From positions 271,989 to 335,988 of IMG/VR virus record IMGVR_UViG_3300044712_002668: 64,000 bases of DNA. The stretch is one strand, 5' to 3'. Of the stretch, positions 29,028-38,403 are shown piece after piece. The position numbers were made by a program, and so were the translations under genes. Position 1 is the first letter of the stretch; each line of letters starts with the position of its first letter. Under the pieces are notes generated by a model that saw only the letters and a program-made list of their open reading frames with translations, did not search any database and was not told where the DNA came from.

Positions 29028-30071
29028 ATGCACGAGAAAATGAATAAGGTTTTGGCTGGCCTTGGTATCAATGGTAAGTGCATCCTCGCTAACCAACACC
29101 GTCATCTTGCTTATTTCGATATATCTCTTGAACCGCGTACTTCTATTCGTACCCTGGAAAGGAATGCCCGAGAGATAGCCTTGGGCATTCGTAGCAAGAC
29201 CACACCTATTGTTAAGGTGATTCCCGAGGAGGGAGTTGTAAGGCTTCAGGTAGCAATGGAGGATGCCAAGCCTATTCTTCATAAATCTATTTACAATCGT
29301 ACATTTCAGGTAAAGGAGATTCTTCCATTTATCCTTGGCGAGGATGAAACGGGCAACAAGCTTGTTATGGATATGGTAAAGAATCCTCATCTTCTTATTG
29401 CGGGTGGTACAGGTTCTGGCAAGTCCGTTCTACTACATAATCTTATTGCGAATGCTATTTATCTTCGAGCAATCAAGTTCACCAATACCGATTTGATTCT
29501 GGTTGATCCCAAGCGTGTGGAGTTCAACTTCTATAATGATCCTTTGTTTCCGTTTATTCATATTGAGAACACGTATGAAGGTTGTGTAGAGATGCTTGAG
29601 GAGATGGTGTTGGTCATGGAGCGAAGGTATGCTCATATGGCTAGTATCAATGTCCGTAGTGTTGAGGATGATCCTGGTTTGTTTGTATTCAAGATGATTG
29701 TGATTGATGAGGTTTCCGACCTTATTCTGCAGGATAAGGAGAAGCATCTTCATGATTTGTTGATTACTCTGGCTCAGAAGGGCCGAGCTGCTGGTATCTA
29801 TATTGTTCTGGCTACTCAGCGTCCCAGTGTGGATATTATTACTGGTACTATCAAGGCTAATTTCCCTGGCCGGATTGCTTGTAAGACTGCTTCCCGTATT
29901 GATTCAAAGGTTATTCTTGATGAAATTGGAGCCGAGAGTTTGCTGGGCCGAGGCGATGCCATCCTGAAGAACATGGAACATGATAGGGTCAGGTTTCAGG
30001 TTGCCTATACGGATGAGAATCAGATTAAATCTACCTATAAGTTCTTTACTGAATACTACAGGGCAGCATGA
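29028..30071 (+). CDS. FtsK/SpoIIIE-family motor domain (soluble; no TM or gamma domain)
   Basis: PHLLIAGGTGSGKS, VDPKRVE, IDE, GRAAGI...ATQRPS, GAESLLGRGD. Confidence 0.9.
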   Translation: MHEKMNKVLAGLGINGKCILANQHRHLAYFDISLEPRTSIRTLERNAREIALGIRSKTTPIVKVIPEEGVVRLQVAMEDAKPILHKSIYNRTFQVKEILPFILGEDETGNKLVMDMVKNPHLLIAGGTGSGKSVLLHNLIANAIYLRAIKFTNTDLILVDPKRVEFNFYNDPLFPFIHIENTYEGCVEMLEEMVLVMERRYAHMASINVRSVEDDPGLFVFKMIVIDEVSDLILQDKEKHLHDLLITLAQKGRAAGIYIVLATQRPSVDIITGTIKANFPGRIACKTASRIDSKVILDEIGAESLLGRGDAILKNMEHDRVRFQVAYTDENQIKSTYKFFTEYYRAA

Positions 30072-30295
30072 AACGTCTTGCCAAGACATTACTTTGGAAT
30101 GGAATAAAGCTTGAACGTACTAATGCTTTTTCAAATACCTGTTGGGTAGGTAGTGATGATAGATATAATTACTTTGTATATCGTTCTGGAAGTGGGTTTA
30201 CGGCAAAAATACAGGATCATTCTGGAAAGATAATTGCGCAGGCATCTAATGATGATTATAGAATAGCTATTGAGGAGGCATTGAAAGATATATGA
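30068..30295 (+). CDS. Hypothetical protein
   Basis: ATGA coupling. Confidence 0.55.
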   Translation: MKRLAKTLLWNGIKLERTNAFSNTCWVGSDDRYNYFVYRSGSGFTAKIQDHSGKIIAQASNDDYRIAIEEALKDI

Positions 30296-30582
30296 GTGGT
30301 GTACATGTAGCGCGTGTTTATTATAGATTAGAGAAGTTATTGGAATATCAACTGGAGGGTTTGGACCCTGAAACTCATCTTTACAATAAGATCAAGAGAT
30401 ACTGGATTCGTAGATGGAAGATTCATAATGCAAAGAATCCAGGAGATCCTTTGGTTTTGAAGTGTGCTGTTTGTAGTGGGCAAGAACGTGCATTTGATAT
30501 AAAGAGTGGTAAATTCAAGATATCCACAAGAGCTGAGCAAGATAATTTGAAAGAAGTGTTAGAGGAAAGAGATGACAACTAA
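30292..30582 (+). CDS. Hypothetical protein
   Basis: ATGA coupling. Confidence 0.55.
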   Translation: MSGVHVARVYYRLEKLLEYQLEGLDPETHLYNKIKRYWIRRWKIHNAKNPGDPLVLKCAVCSGQERAFDIKSGKFKISTRAEQDNLKEVLEERDDN

Positions 30583-30994
30583 GCAAGATATCAAAGAATG
30601 GCTTGACGAAGCAAAGGCAAAGAACGCAACTCATATGCTAGTTGTTTGTGATACTTTTGATTATGAGGATTATCCGGTATATGTTTTATCAGGACAGGAT
30701 GTAAATAAGCAGATTCTTTTTTATTCAAAGGATATGCAAAAAGTTATGGAAGTCTATAACTTGAATATGAATATTGATTATCAGCTTAATGAACAACGAT
30801 CTTATAATATTGAAACAGTTTCAATTACTAAAAATACTTCAAGTATAGAAAAGCCTTTGAGGGGTCAATTGAAAAAAGCTTTAGTACTTGATGATCATCA
30901 GGAATCTCTTTCTCAAGAAGTTGAAATTCTTAAAAAAGAACTTGCAAAGGCAAAAGAGGATATTGCACAATTGCAAAGGGAGAAAATAAAATGA
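30572..30994 (+). CDS. Hypothetical phage protein
   Basis: ATHMLVVCDTFDYEDYPVYV motif; coupled. Confidence 0.65.
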   Translation: MTTKQDIKEWLDEAKAKNATHMLVVCDTFDYEDYPVYVLSGQDVNKQILFYSKDMQKVMEVYNLNMNIDYQLNEQRSYNIETVSITKNTSSIEKPLRGQLKKALVLDDHQESLSQEVEILKKELAKAKEDIAQLQREKIK

Positions 30995-31431
30995 AGAAAA
31001 CAAATGATTACATTCCTGTAGATGAATGTCAGGACCGTAGGTTATACCGTATTCATTCTCGTAACCTGAATATTGTTGGTGTTTATAACGCAGAGCATCA
31101 AGGTTTTATAGGTATCAGGGAGAAGTTTGGTTCTAGATATTTGTTTATGGAGTTTCATTGGGATACAGGTATGCCTTTTGGAACAGTTCAACCTGATGAA
31201 TCAACTCCTGAAATTCTTCCTGATGATATTCTATTGGCAGAAAGACTAGAAGGTTCTATATGTCAATGTGGAGTTGATGTAGATTTCATACAGGATGATC
31301 CTAAAAGTTCTGCAGGACATTGGGAGCATTTGCAGCCAAGTCCAAAATGCAATAACATCAGAGCATATACAAAGACAAATAAAGAATTGTTTAAATGGTT
31401 AGAGGAAATGGAGGAGAAGTATCCAAGATGA
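30991..31431 (+). CDS. Hypothetical phage protein
   Basis: Coupled ORF. Confidence 0.65.
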   Translation: MKKTNDYIPVDECQDRRLYRIHSRNLNIVGVYNAEHQGFIGIREKFGSRYLFMEFHWDTGMPFGTVQPDESTPEILPDDILLAERLEGSICQCGVDVDFIQDDPKSSAGHWEHLQPSPKCNNIRAYTKTNKELFKWLEEMEEKYPR

Positions 31432-31674
31432 AAGATATGCTTGATCAGAACTTAATAATTACGGTTGATGGTTTGGTGGATGGAGAAGGGAAAATCCACC
31501 AAACCGTTTTCAAGGCCAAGCGGATTCGTACGCAAACCATTGGTTTGGATGATGGATGCGGGCTTGTTACCATTGTCTTTGTGGATGAGAGTACCAAATG
31601 GGATGTACCTGAGGATCTCAAAAGCATGTTGGTGAAACGTGAACATGCAGACCGTAAGGTAAATGGGTTGTAAA

Positions 31675-31872
31675 ATGAAAGTCTTAATTCTTAAGAAAGA
31701 AGATTGGAAATTGCCAGAGAATGATTCCAAATCAGATACTGGAGATGGTTTTGGAAAAGGGTTTGGAGGTGGATGCCGTCGCCCAACTTTTTACAGTAAC
31801 GGTAAAGGAGAAGTAGTTGGTCATGGAGATGGTAATGGTAAGGGAGAGGGTTGTGGTATTAATTGGGTTTGA
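31675..31872 (+). CDS. Gly-rich MKV.IL family protein (cluster 2)
   Basis: MKVLILKKEDWKLPE plus Gly core. Confidence 0.7.
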   Translation: MKVLILKKEDWKLPENDSKSDTGDGFGKGFGGGCRRPTFYSNGKGEVVGHGDGNGKGEGCGINWV

Positions 31873-31875
31873 TAA

Positions 31876-32109
31876 ATGAAAGTCTTGATTCTTAATAAAG
31901 AAGATTGGCAGATACCCGAACATTGTCCGGTTAATACTGTTGCAACATATGCTAGAACGAGTGATGGGGCTGGTGCTTGTAGTAACGATATGGCCACGGG
32001 TTATGGGGGTGGTTGTACTCGTTCTTTTCCACATAGGAATAATGATGGATTCGGAAGTGTAGTAGGTAATGGTTATGGCGATGGTAGAGGGTATGGTTTT
32101 CCTATATGA
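31876..32109 (+). CDS. Gly-rich MKV.IL family protein (cluster 2)
   Basis: MKVLILNKEDWQIPE. Confidence 0.7.
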   Translation: MKVLILNKEDWQIPEHCPVNTVATYARTSDGAGACSNDMATGYGGGCTRSFPHRNNDGFGSVVGNGYGDGRGYGFPI

Positions 32110-32354
32110 AAGTCCTTATCCTTAAAAAGGAACATTGGCAGATACCTGAAAAGTGTCCGGTTAATTTTATTGCTGCTTTTGAACGTTATACTGGTGGGGG
32201 TGGTCGAGCAGGTGGATGTTGCCCAGGAGGTGTAGGTTGGGGAGGAGGTTGCAATTGTGGCGATTCACCACATATTAATTTTGGATTTGGAGATATGGTA
32301 GGTAGTGGGCGTGGTGATGGTAGGGGGCACGGTAATTGTAAGGTAATTATATGA
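32106..32354 (+). CDS. Gly-rich MKV.IL family protein (cluster 2)
   Basis: MKVLILKKEHWQIPE. Confidence 0.7.
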   Translation: MKVLILKKEHWQIPEKCPVNFIAAFERYTGGGGRAGGCCPGGVGWGGGCNCGDSPHINFGFGDMVGSGRGDGRGHGNCKVII

Positions 32355-32587
32355 AGGTATTAATTCTTGATAAAGAAGATTGGCAAACACCTGAGGATAC
32401 CGGTAGAGGATCCTATCCTAAAATGTTTAAAGATATGGAACTAGGAAGAGGAAATGGTGAAGGTTTAGGTGGCGGATCTGGTTGTTATACCAGAAGTATG
32501 GGTTGTGGTTTTTATGGTTATGGACAAGTATGCGGTCAGGGTAATGGTAATGGTACGGGCAGCGGAATACATATAAGGACATACTAA
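32351..32587 (+). CDS. Gly-rich MKV.IL family protein (cluster 2)
   Basis: MKVLILDKEDWQTPE. Confidence 0.7.
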   Translation: MKVLILDKEDWQTPEDTGRGSYPKMFKDMELGRGNGEGLGGGSGCYTRSMGCGFYGYGQVCGQGNGNGTGSGIHIRTY

Positions 32588-33438
32588 TGAAACTACTTTG
32601 GATAACAGATTCTCATTTTGATTTTGTACCTGGCAAAGCTGGCATGTTAGGTAAATACATGGCAGCAGATTATCCGGATACGGATGGTTTATTGATTACT
32701 GGAGATATCTCTAACGGTAATTATGGCAAAAGAGATTTGAAAGATATCTCTGTAGCATTGGGTAAGCCTGTTTATTTTATAAACGGAAACCATGACTACT
32801 ACCATTCCTCTTTTGAGCGTACAGATAAGAGATCAAGGGACGCTGTTAAAGAGGTTGCAGAGCATGTAAAAACTACACCATCAAATGCTAGCTTGCATTT
32901 TCTTGATGATGGATTTGTAAAGATTGATGATAACACTGTAATAGCCGGAAATTCCAACTGGTATGATTGCCGTCATGGCAATGTCTTTGGTACGCCAGTG
33001 GATCTTACAGATTTCCAGGTCAATAAAGACCTAAGACAATACGCTTTCAGGGAGCAAAAGATTGATGCTTCCAAAGCTTATGCAGATAAAAAAGCATCTC
33101 AAATGTTCGAGATGCTTTCAAGTATTCCTGATGATATTTCCAGGATTATTTTGTTGCTTCATGTGCCGCCATATCCTCAAGCGGCTTGGCATCAAGGTCA
33201 ACCTTCAAATTCAGATTGGCAACCTTGGATGGTTTCCAAAGTATCAGGAGAAAAACTGCTCGACTTTCGTGAGCAGTTTCCTGATAAGAAGTTGTTGGTC
33301 CTTTGTGGTCATACCCATTCTTCTGGTTATTTCAAAGTTGATGATAACCTTGAAATATATACTGGCAAAGCAGTATATGGTAGCCCAAAGGAATGTGGGA
33401 TTTTAGATACAGATAAATGGGAAGTTACGTTTATTTAA
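32587..33438 (+). CDS. Calcineurin-like metallophosphoesterase
   Basis: TDSH, TGDIS, GNHDYY, H.PP, CGHTH motifs. Confidence 0.88.
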   Translation: MKLLWITDSHFDFVPGKAGMLGKYMAADYPDTDGLLITGDISNGNYGKRDLKDISVALGKPVYFINGNHDYYHSSFERTDKRSRDAVKEVAEHVKTTPSNASLHFLDDGFVKIDDNTVIAGNSNWYDCRHGNVFGTPVDLTDFQVNKDLRQYAFREQKIDASKAYADKKASQMFEMLSSIPDDISRIILLLHVPPYPQAAWHQGQPSNSDWQPWMVSKVSGEKLLDFREQFPDKKLLVLCGHTHSSGYFKVDDNLEIYTGKAVYGSPKECGILDTDKWEVTFI

Positions 33439-33673
33439 CGTAAACAACATACCATTTATTGTTGGCAACATAGTATTCTGCTTTGCCGTCTTGACCTTTG
33501 CCTTTTGCTTCCGCTCCGGCTGGAAGTAAAAATCTATTGGCAACAACTATAGCGCGTTCCCAGTTCTCTCCTGTTTGGGCGCTATCATCAGCTTGCTTCA
33601 TAATAGCACGATATGTTTCAATAGCAGCTTGTTTAGCCGCAGCCTTTGCAATCTTTTTGATATCCTGTTTCAT
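33431..33673 (-). CDS. Small protein with KKIA...AIETYRAIMKQA leader motif
   Basis: Paralogous to N-terminus of 16269..17075. Confidence 0.65.
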   Translation of the reverse strand: MKQDIKKIAKAAAKQAAIETYRAIMKQADDSAQTGENWERAIVVANRFLLPAGAEAKGKGQDGKAEYYVANNKWYVVYVK

Positions 33674-33705
33674 ACTTTCTATACAAACATAATGGCAGGA
33701 TCGCT

Positions 33706-34437
33706 ATGAAAAATTTCATGCTGGCCCAGTATTATGATTGGTCATTCGATCCTAAAGGATGGTTTATGTCCGAAAAACTTAATGGGCATAGGGCTGTTTT
33801 CAATAAACACTTCATAAAACGTGGTAATACAATCGTTACTCCCCCATCATGGTTTATGAAGGATTTTCCTGATGTAACCCTTGATGGTGAAATATATGCA
33901 GGAAGAGGCAATCTTCGTTTGGTTCAATCCCTTGGCCCAAGAGAACTTGATTGGAAAAATATAGTCTTTGCTGTTTTTGACGCCCCGGAATACCAAGGCC
34001 CCTTCAAAACAAGGTACTCATATATCTCTAATCTTCTAAAAAATAGACAGTATATACTTACCGTTCCTCATGTCATTTGCGAAGGCAAGGATGACCTACA
34101 GGAGCGTTTGGATGCCGTTATCGATATCAAGGGTGAAGGGTTGATGCTCCGTCATCCTGACTCATTGTACGAGCATAAACGTAGTAATAAACTTCTTAAG
34201 GTAAAGAAGTGGTATTATGATACGGCTGTAATTATTGGGCATCTTGAAAAGAATAGACCTGGGATGATTGGTTCTTTTCTATGCCGGGATGATAACGGGT
34301 ATGAATTCAAGGTAACGGGATTGAATGATGCGTTGGCAAGCAATCCATATCCAATTGGAACAAGATTGGAGTATAGGTATTATGAGAAGAATAAGGGAAA
34401 GCCAAAGCCTGCCACATTATTCAGGGTTATAAATTGA
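33706..34437 (+). CDS. Minimal ATP-dependent DNA ligase
   Basis: SEKLNGHRA (KxxG), LDGEIY, FAVFD, EGLMLR, RS..LLKVK; OB fold. Confidence 0.88.
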   Translation: MKNFMLAQYYDWSFDPKGWFMSEKLNGHRAVFNKHFIKRGNTIVTPPSWFMKDFPDVTLDGEIYAGRGNLRLVQSLGPRELDWKNIVFAVFDAPEYQGPFKTRYSYISNLLKNRQYILTVPHVICEGKDDLQERLDAVIDIKGEGLMLRHPDSLYEHKRSNKLLKVKKWYYDTAVIIGHLEKNRPGMIGSFLCRDDNGYEFKVTGLNDALASNPYPIGTRLEYRYYEKNKGKPKPATLFRVIN

Positions 34438-34443
34438 CATTTA

Positions 34444-34683
34444 ATGGTGGCACACTGGACTCTTAAATACAAGTTTCTAACAGACAATCCTGTTACAGAA
34501 CATCACGATTGTAGCTTCGATGATTTTTGTTATATCTTAAGGGCCAAGTATGTAGAAACAAATGACTATGTACTTGGAATGAGCGATAAACATTATCTAT
34601 GGATTGACAGTCCAAGTTTGACTATATTCGTTTCAGAGAATATAGATGAAAAACCAATAGAGATTGTGGTAGATGAATGTTGA
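34444..34683 (+). CDS. Hypothetical protein
   Basis: ORF. Confidence 0.5.
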   Translation: MVAHWTLKYKFLTDNPVTEHHDCSFDDFCYILRAKYVETNDYVLGMSDKHYLWIDSPSLTIFVSENIDEKPIEIVVDEC

Positions 34684-34962
34684 TTATTCTCTAACTTTGG
34701 CATTGAATAATCTACCCAACCATGAAGCATGTTGGTGTTCTTTTTCGAGATATATCTCGCCTATTCTTTGTATGATTTGATAGCGATCAGAGGCACCAAG
34801 ATTCAATAGATGATGGTGTATAGTGGGCCAGGAATGGCTCGCTAATTGTTTTGCTAGGGTTTCATTATCAATTGTCTTTGGCATAGCCTTACTCTCTGCA
34901 AAAGAACAGAGAGAATAGTATTTATTAGCCGCTATAATGATATTATCAGGTGAATAGGCCAT
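34684..34962 (-). CDS. Hypothetical protein (minus-strand mini-operon)
   Basis: GAGG SD; N-terminal IIIAANKYY helix. Confidence 0.6.
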   Translation of the reverse strand: MAYSPDNIIIAANKYYSLCSFAESKAMPKTIDNETLAKQLASHSWPTIHHHLLNLGASDRYQIIQRIGEIYLEKEHQHASWLGRLFNAKVRE

Positions 34963-34963
34963 A

Positions 34964-35188
34964 TCAACCTCTGCTTAAAGCTTCTTCAAACAAAGAAGCT
35001 AACCTTACGATCTCATCAATACTAAACCCTAGACGCTCTGCGCGGGCTTTTTTCTTGGGCTTTTTCTTCTTTTTGACCCTTTCAGGCAGGGCTTTGATGT
35101 TAGGGGTTTCGTGAGCCCATTCTTTTGCCATTTCAGGCTTGAACTTGAACATCCATTTCTGTTGTTTTTTCGATTTGAAGGGGGACAT
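34964..35188 (-). CDS. Small basic phage protein (PFKSK.QQ.WMF...PE.A..W type)
   Basis: Recognised phage motif; C-terminal IVRLASLF helix. Confidence 0.65.
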   Translation of the reverse strand: MSPFKSKKQQKWMFKFKPEMAKEWAHETPNIKALPERVKKKKKPKKKARAERLGFSIDEIVRLASLFEEALSRG

Positions 35189-35787
35189 TATTTTCCTGGG
35201 GTAATATATTCAATAGCAAGTTCAATATTTTTTATAAGATGGGTTATTTTGTTTTGTTGTTCTATACTTCTAAGCTCACCTTTAAGTTGCTTGGCTGATC
35301 TGAGACCGCTTTGCAGGGTATGGTGTAATAATTTTATGTTTGGCTTGAAAGAAGGAGGTTCTGATACCGGACTTGGCTTGACTTCTACATGAGGTTTGCT
35401 TTCTACTGGTAGTATAGCTGGTTTATGAGCTATTTCTGTCTGTAATTGATGCAAACTTCTCATGGTAGGGCTTTCTCTGGCTGTCCAGGTATTTACTGAT
35501 TGAGGTTCAACATAAGGTGGCATAGGCGGCCTATGCTCTCTATGTGTTACGGGCTCTTCCGCCTCTTCTAAACCAAGCTCATGGGGGTGAACCGGGGTAT
35601 AGGACTGTTCCGGGGAGGTATCCAATCCCTCAAAACCACTGGGCCTACCATACTGACGGTATTGATCTCTTATTGCTCTGCGCAAATGAGGGTGAATCTC
35701 ATCCCAAGATACAGTTCCTTCTGTACGTCTGGGATCTTGTGTGCTTTTTTTATAAACTTCAGCAAATTTTAATATGTCAGCCCTCAT
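35188..35787 (-). CDS. Pro-rich hypothetical protein
   Basis: GAGG SD; TAATG coupling; MRADILKFAEVY start. Confidence 0.65.
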   Translation of the reverse strand: MRADILKFAEVYKKSTQDPRRTEGTVSWDEIHPHLRRAIRDQYRQYGRPSGFEGLDTSPEQSYTPVHPHELGLEEAEEPVTHREHRPPMPPYVEPQSVNTWTARESPTMRSLHQLQTEIAHKPAILPVESKPHVEVKPSPVSEPPSFKPNIKLLHHTLQSGLRSAKQLKGELRSIEQQNKITHLIKNIELAIEYITPGK

Positions 35788-35822
35788 ATTTCCTCTTTAT
35801 AAAATATATAAATATTGCCATC

Positions 35823-35847
35823 GCGGGCCTTGTGCCCGCTTTTTTTT
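35823..35847 (+). terminator. Intrinsic terminator
   Basis: GCGGGC-CTTGT-GCCCGC followed by T8. Confidence 0.75.
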
Positions 35848-35988
35848 GGCCTTGTGATTACAGTGACACTGTAATCCAGCCATACTGTAATCTAACTACA
35901 TGTAGGAGGATATTGGTTCAGGTAACTGGACGCATGGCAATGACGGGGTAGGGTTGGTCATTCCTGGCTATAAAGCAGCATAGGGAAT

Positions 35989-36849
35989 ATGGATCTCTAT
36001 TATTGTGCAGCAGCTTATTCACATTTTGCGAGGATGATTAATCCTGATGTAGTAAATAGATTGAACAAGTTATTTGAAGATAAGTTCAATGGAGTATTTG
36101 TTATCGTTAATCGTGACGGCAAATGGAAATTCGAGACTGCCAAGAGAGCAGAGTATGAGCGCGCCATACGTGAGGTATTGAAGACAGAGGGTTTGGACTG
36201 GGATGGTGGAAGAAGAATAGGTTATCTGAACCCTGATTCTTTCTATATAGATTATTTAGATAATGTAGAATTCAAGTCTGAGATTGTTCCATGTAAAACT
36301 GATAAGACTAAAAAGGCTGTAGCTCATAAGATAGTGATTACCAAAGAGCAAAAGAAAGGTCCTTCAAAGTTTCATCAGGCTTTAATGCATGGTGGTAACT
36401 TTACCAGACCTTTGAAAGACAGTAATGATGCTGAAGATATCGATGATACGGTTAACGTAGGTGATATTTTCATACAGCACAATCAAGACCTATCAAACCA
36501 ACCGGATCAAGAGCCAATAAAAGTACAAGTCTTTAAACTTAAAGAATCAAATGGTGAGATTTGGGTTTGTTTTCAGCCGATAAGTCCATTTACTGGAAAG
36601 ATTACTACTGATATTTGGTGGGATGATCAGGGTTGGATTCCTGGTCGTCATGATCCTGAATATACTAGAGAATGGTTTATCTTGAATAGAGATTTTCATC
36701 CAAAAACAAAAGACTTTTTAGATGATTATTCTTTTGATCTTGTAAACAATAAGCGCAAAAGAATAAATAAAATATCAAATAGAGTAGTACCTTTAAATCT
36801 CTTTAAAGAAAAATGGAGAAAGGTAAAAAAGCCTGAGTCCATGTCGTAA
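35989..36849 (+). CDS. Hypothetical protein
   Basis: 286-aa ORF with AGGGA SD. Confidence 0.65.
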   Translation: MDLYYCAAAYSHFARMINPDVVNRLNKLFEDKFNGVFVIVNRDGKWKFETAKRAEYERAIREVLKTEGLDWDGGRRIGYLNPDSFYIDYLDNVEFKSEIVPCKTDKTKKAVAHKIVITKEQKKGPSKFHQALMHGGNFTRPLKDSNDAEDIDDTVNVGDIFIQHNQDLSNQPDQEPIKVQVFKLKESNGEIWVCFQPISPFTGKITTDIWWDDQGWIPGRHDPEYTREWFILNRDFHPKTKDFLDDYSFDLVNNKRKRINKISNRVVPLNLFKEKWRKVKKPESMS

Positions 36850-36864
36850 TGTGTGCGACAATGT

Positions 36865-36918
36865 ATGCGTAAATTTGTACGCATCGGGGCTTGACGGTGG
36901 CAGATGATCGGGTAGTAT
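36865..36918 (+). promoter_or_regulatory. Palindrome ATGCGTA-n6-TACGCAT followed by promoter TTGACG-16-TAGTAT
   Basis: In the intergenic region heading the 37040-39103 unit. Confidence 0.5.
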
Positions 36919-37039
36919 CGGCCTTCCCAGGGATGGGATTCAGATAGTGATTCTGGGGGATCGCATATTGGAACGGTTCGAGGGGGAAGATAGACTGTTT
37001 GCTTAATCGTTTTATTGTCTAGTCGTTTTGCGGGAGAAA

Positions 37040-37297
37040 ATGATGGATCAGCAATTAGCGTTAGCGGTTAGCAAACAGGATCTATATCGTTATGGTTGTC
37101 CGCATTGTGGGGGCCATAATTGCAGCCAGTTTCTGAAGATGGGGACTTGTGACGTATGGGTATGTGAGCAGTGCGGCAAGGATTGTCTGACGGTTGCAGA
37201 GTCCATATCTGAGCTGGACAATATTGAATTCCGCAATACCGATATTCGGGACCTGACTCGTGCCCATCCGGCCAAGACGAATTTTCTTGTTCACTGA
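37040..37297 (+). CDS. Zn-ribbon protein
   Basis: CPHC...CEQC; GGAG SD. Confidence 0.6.
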   Translation: MMDQQLALAVSKQDLYRYGCPHCGGHNCSQFLKMGTCDVWVCEQCGKDCLTVAESISELDNIEFRNTDIRDLTRAHPAKTNFLVH

Positions 37298-37344
37298 AGT
37301 ATCCTGATGAATCAATCCATTAAGGATTGTTAAGGAAAGTAAAA

Positions 37345-38076
37345 ATGAAGCTCAATCAAGTTCTGGCAATTGAAGAGTCCGTAAAGAAGCAACCTTTGGC
37401 GGATCTGACTCAGGCTTACCACATTGCGCAGAAGCCGGATCTTTTTACTGGTTTCAATCGTACATGGCATCCTCGTTTTGAGGATGGAGTAAAGTATCCT
37501 GAAGAGAGTAAGATTGTTCAACAGAATACTCTTGAGTTGATCAAGAGTGTTACTGCTCAAATGAGCGAGATGTTTAACATTGTTGCTACAAAGGATATTG
37601 CCAATTGTTCGGCCAAGGCTGATATCATTGTGGATGAGGTGGTGCTGGTGGCAGCGGTGCCGGTTACCTACCTGATTTTCCTTGAGAAGAAGCTGGTTGA
37701 TCTGCGGACTTTCGTTTCCAAGCTTCCTGTACTTGACCCGAGCAAGAAGTGGAGCTATAACGCTCAGGACGGGCTGTATAGGTCTGAGCCTGAGGAACGG
37801 CTCAAGACAAAGAAGACAGTTCGTCCTATTGTGAAATATGATGCTACTAAAGAGCATCCTGCACAAACAGAGTTGATTTCAGAAGATATTGTAGAGGGGA
37901 GCTGGAAGGAGACTCATCTTTCCGGTGCATTGGCAAGAGATACTGTCAAGTTCATGTTGGATAAGATTTCCAAGTTGGAGCAAGCTGTAAAGGTTGCTCG
38001 TGAGAAGGCCAATTCGATTGATGTAGAGAGATCGAAGATTGGTGAAGTGGTTTTGAACTACCTCTTTTCGGTATAA
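37345..38076 (+). CDS. Conserved coiled-coil protein (MKLNQ..A.E family, also seen in bacteria), function unknown
   Basis: LNQVLAIE, F.GF.RT..P..E.G..YPEE, PVTYLIFLEK.L, Y.AT.EHPAQ, W....SGA, AVK.ARE.AN. Confidence 0.75.
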   Translation: MKLNQVLAIEESVKKQPLADLTQAYHIAQKPDLFTGFNRTWHPRFEDGVKYPEESKIVQQNTLELIKSVTAQMSEMFNIVATKDIANCSAKADIIVDEVVLVAAVPVTYLIFLEKKLVDLRTFVSKLPVLDPSKKWSYNAQDGLYRSEPEERLKTKKTVRPIVKYDATKEHPAQTELISEDIVEGSWKETHLSGALARDTVKFMLDKISKLEQAVKVAREKANSIDVERSKIGEVVLNYLFSV

Positions 38077-38083
38077 GGCGAAT

Positions 38084-38344
38084 ATGATTCCGTTGAATGG
38101 ATATGTTCTAGTACGTACTACTGCCACTGATACCAAGTCAAGTGGTGGTTTGTATATCCCTCCATCTGAAAATAACAGTGAAGGGATCGTAGAAAGAATT
38201 GCAGAAGGTATGGAAGTACCTTTTGAGGTTGGAGATACAGTGTTCTTCAAGCCTGCTGCCGGTCTGGTTTTCACCAAAGAAAATGTGAAATACAGAGTGG
38301 TGAAGTTTGAGGATGACATTGTAGGGATGATCAAGAAATCTTGA
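38084..38344 (+). CDS. groES: GroES co-chaperonin
   Basis: PLNGYVLV, KSSGGLYIP mobile loop, VGDTV.F, EDDIVG. Confidence 0.85.
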   Translation: MIPLNGYVLVRTTATDTKSSGGLYIPPSENNSEGIVERIAEGMEVPFEVGDTVFFKPAAGLVFTKENVKYRVVKFEDDIVGMIKKS

Positions 38345-38403
38345 TCAAAAACCTTTCCAGAGCTTGAAATGTTCTGGAAAGGGCGGCCCCTTTGTTGGGG
38401 CTA

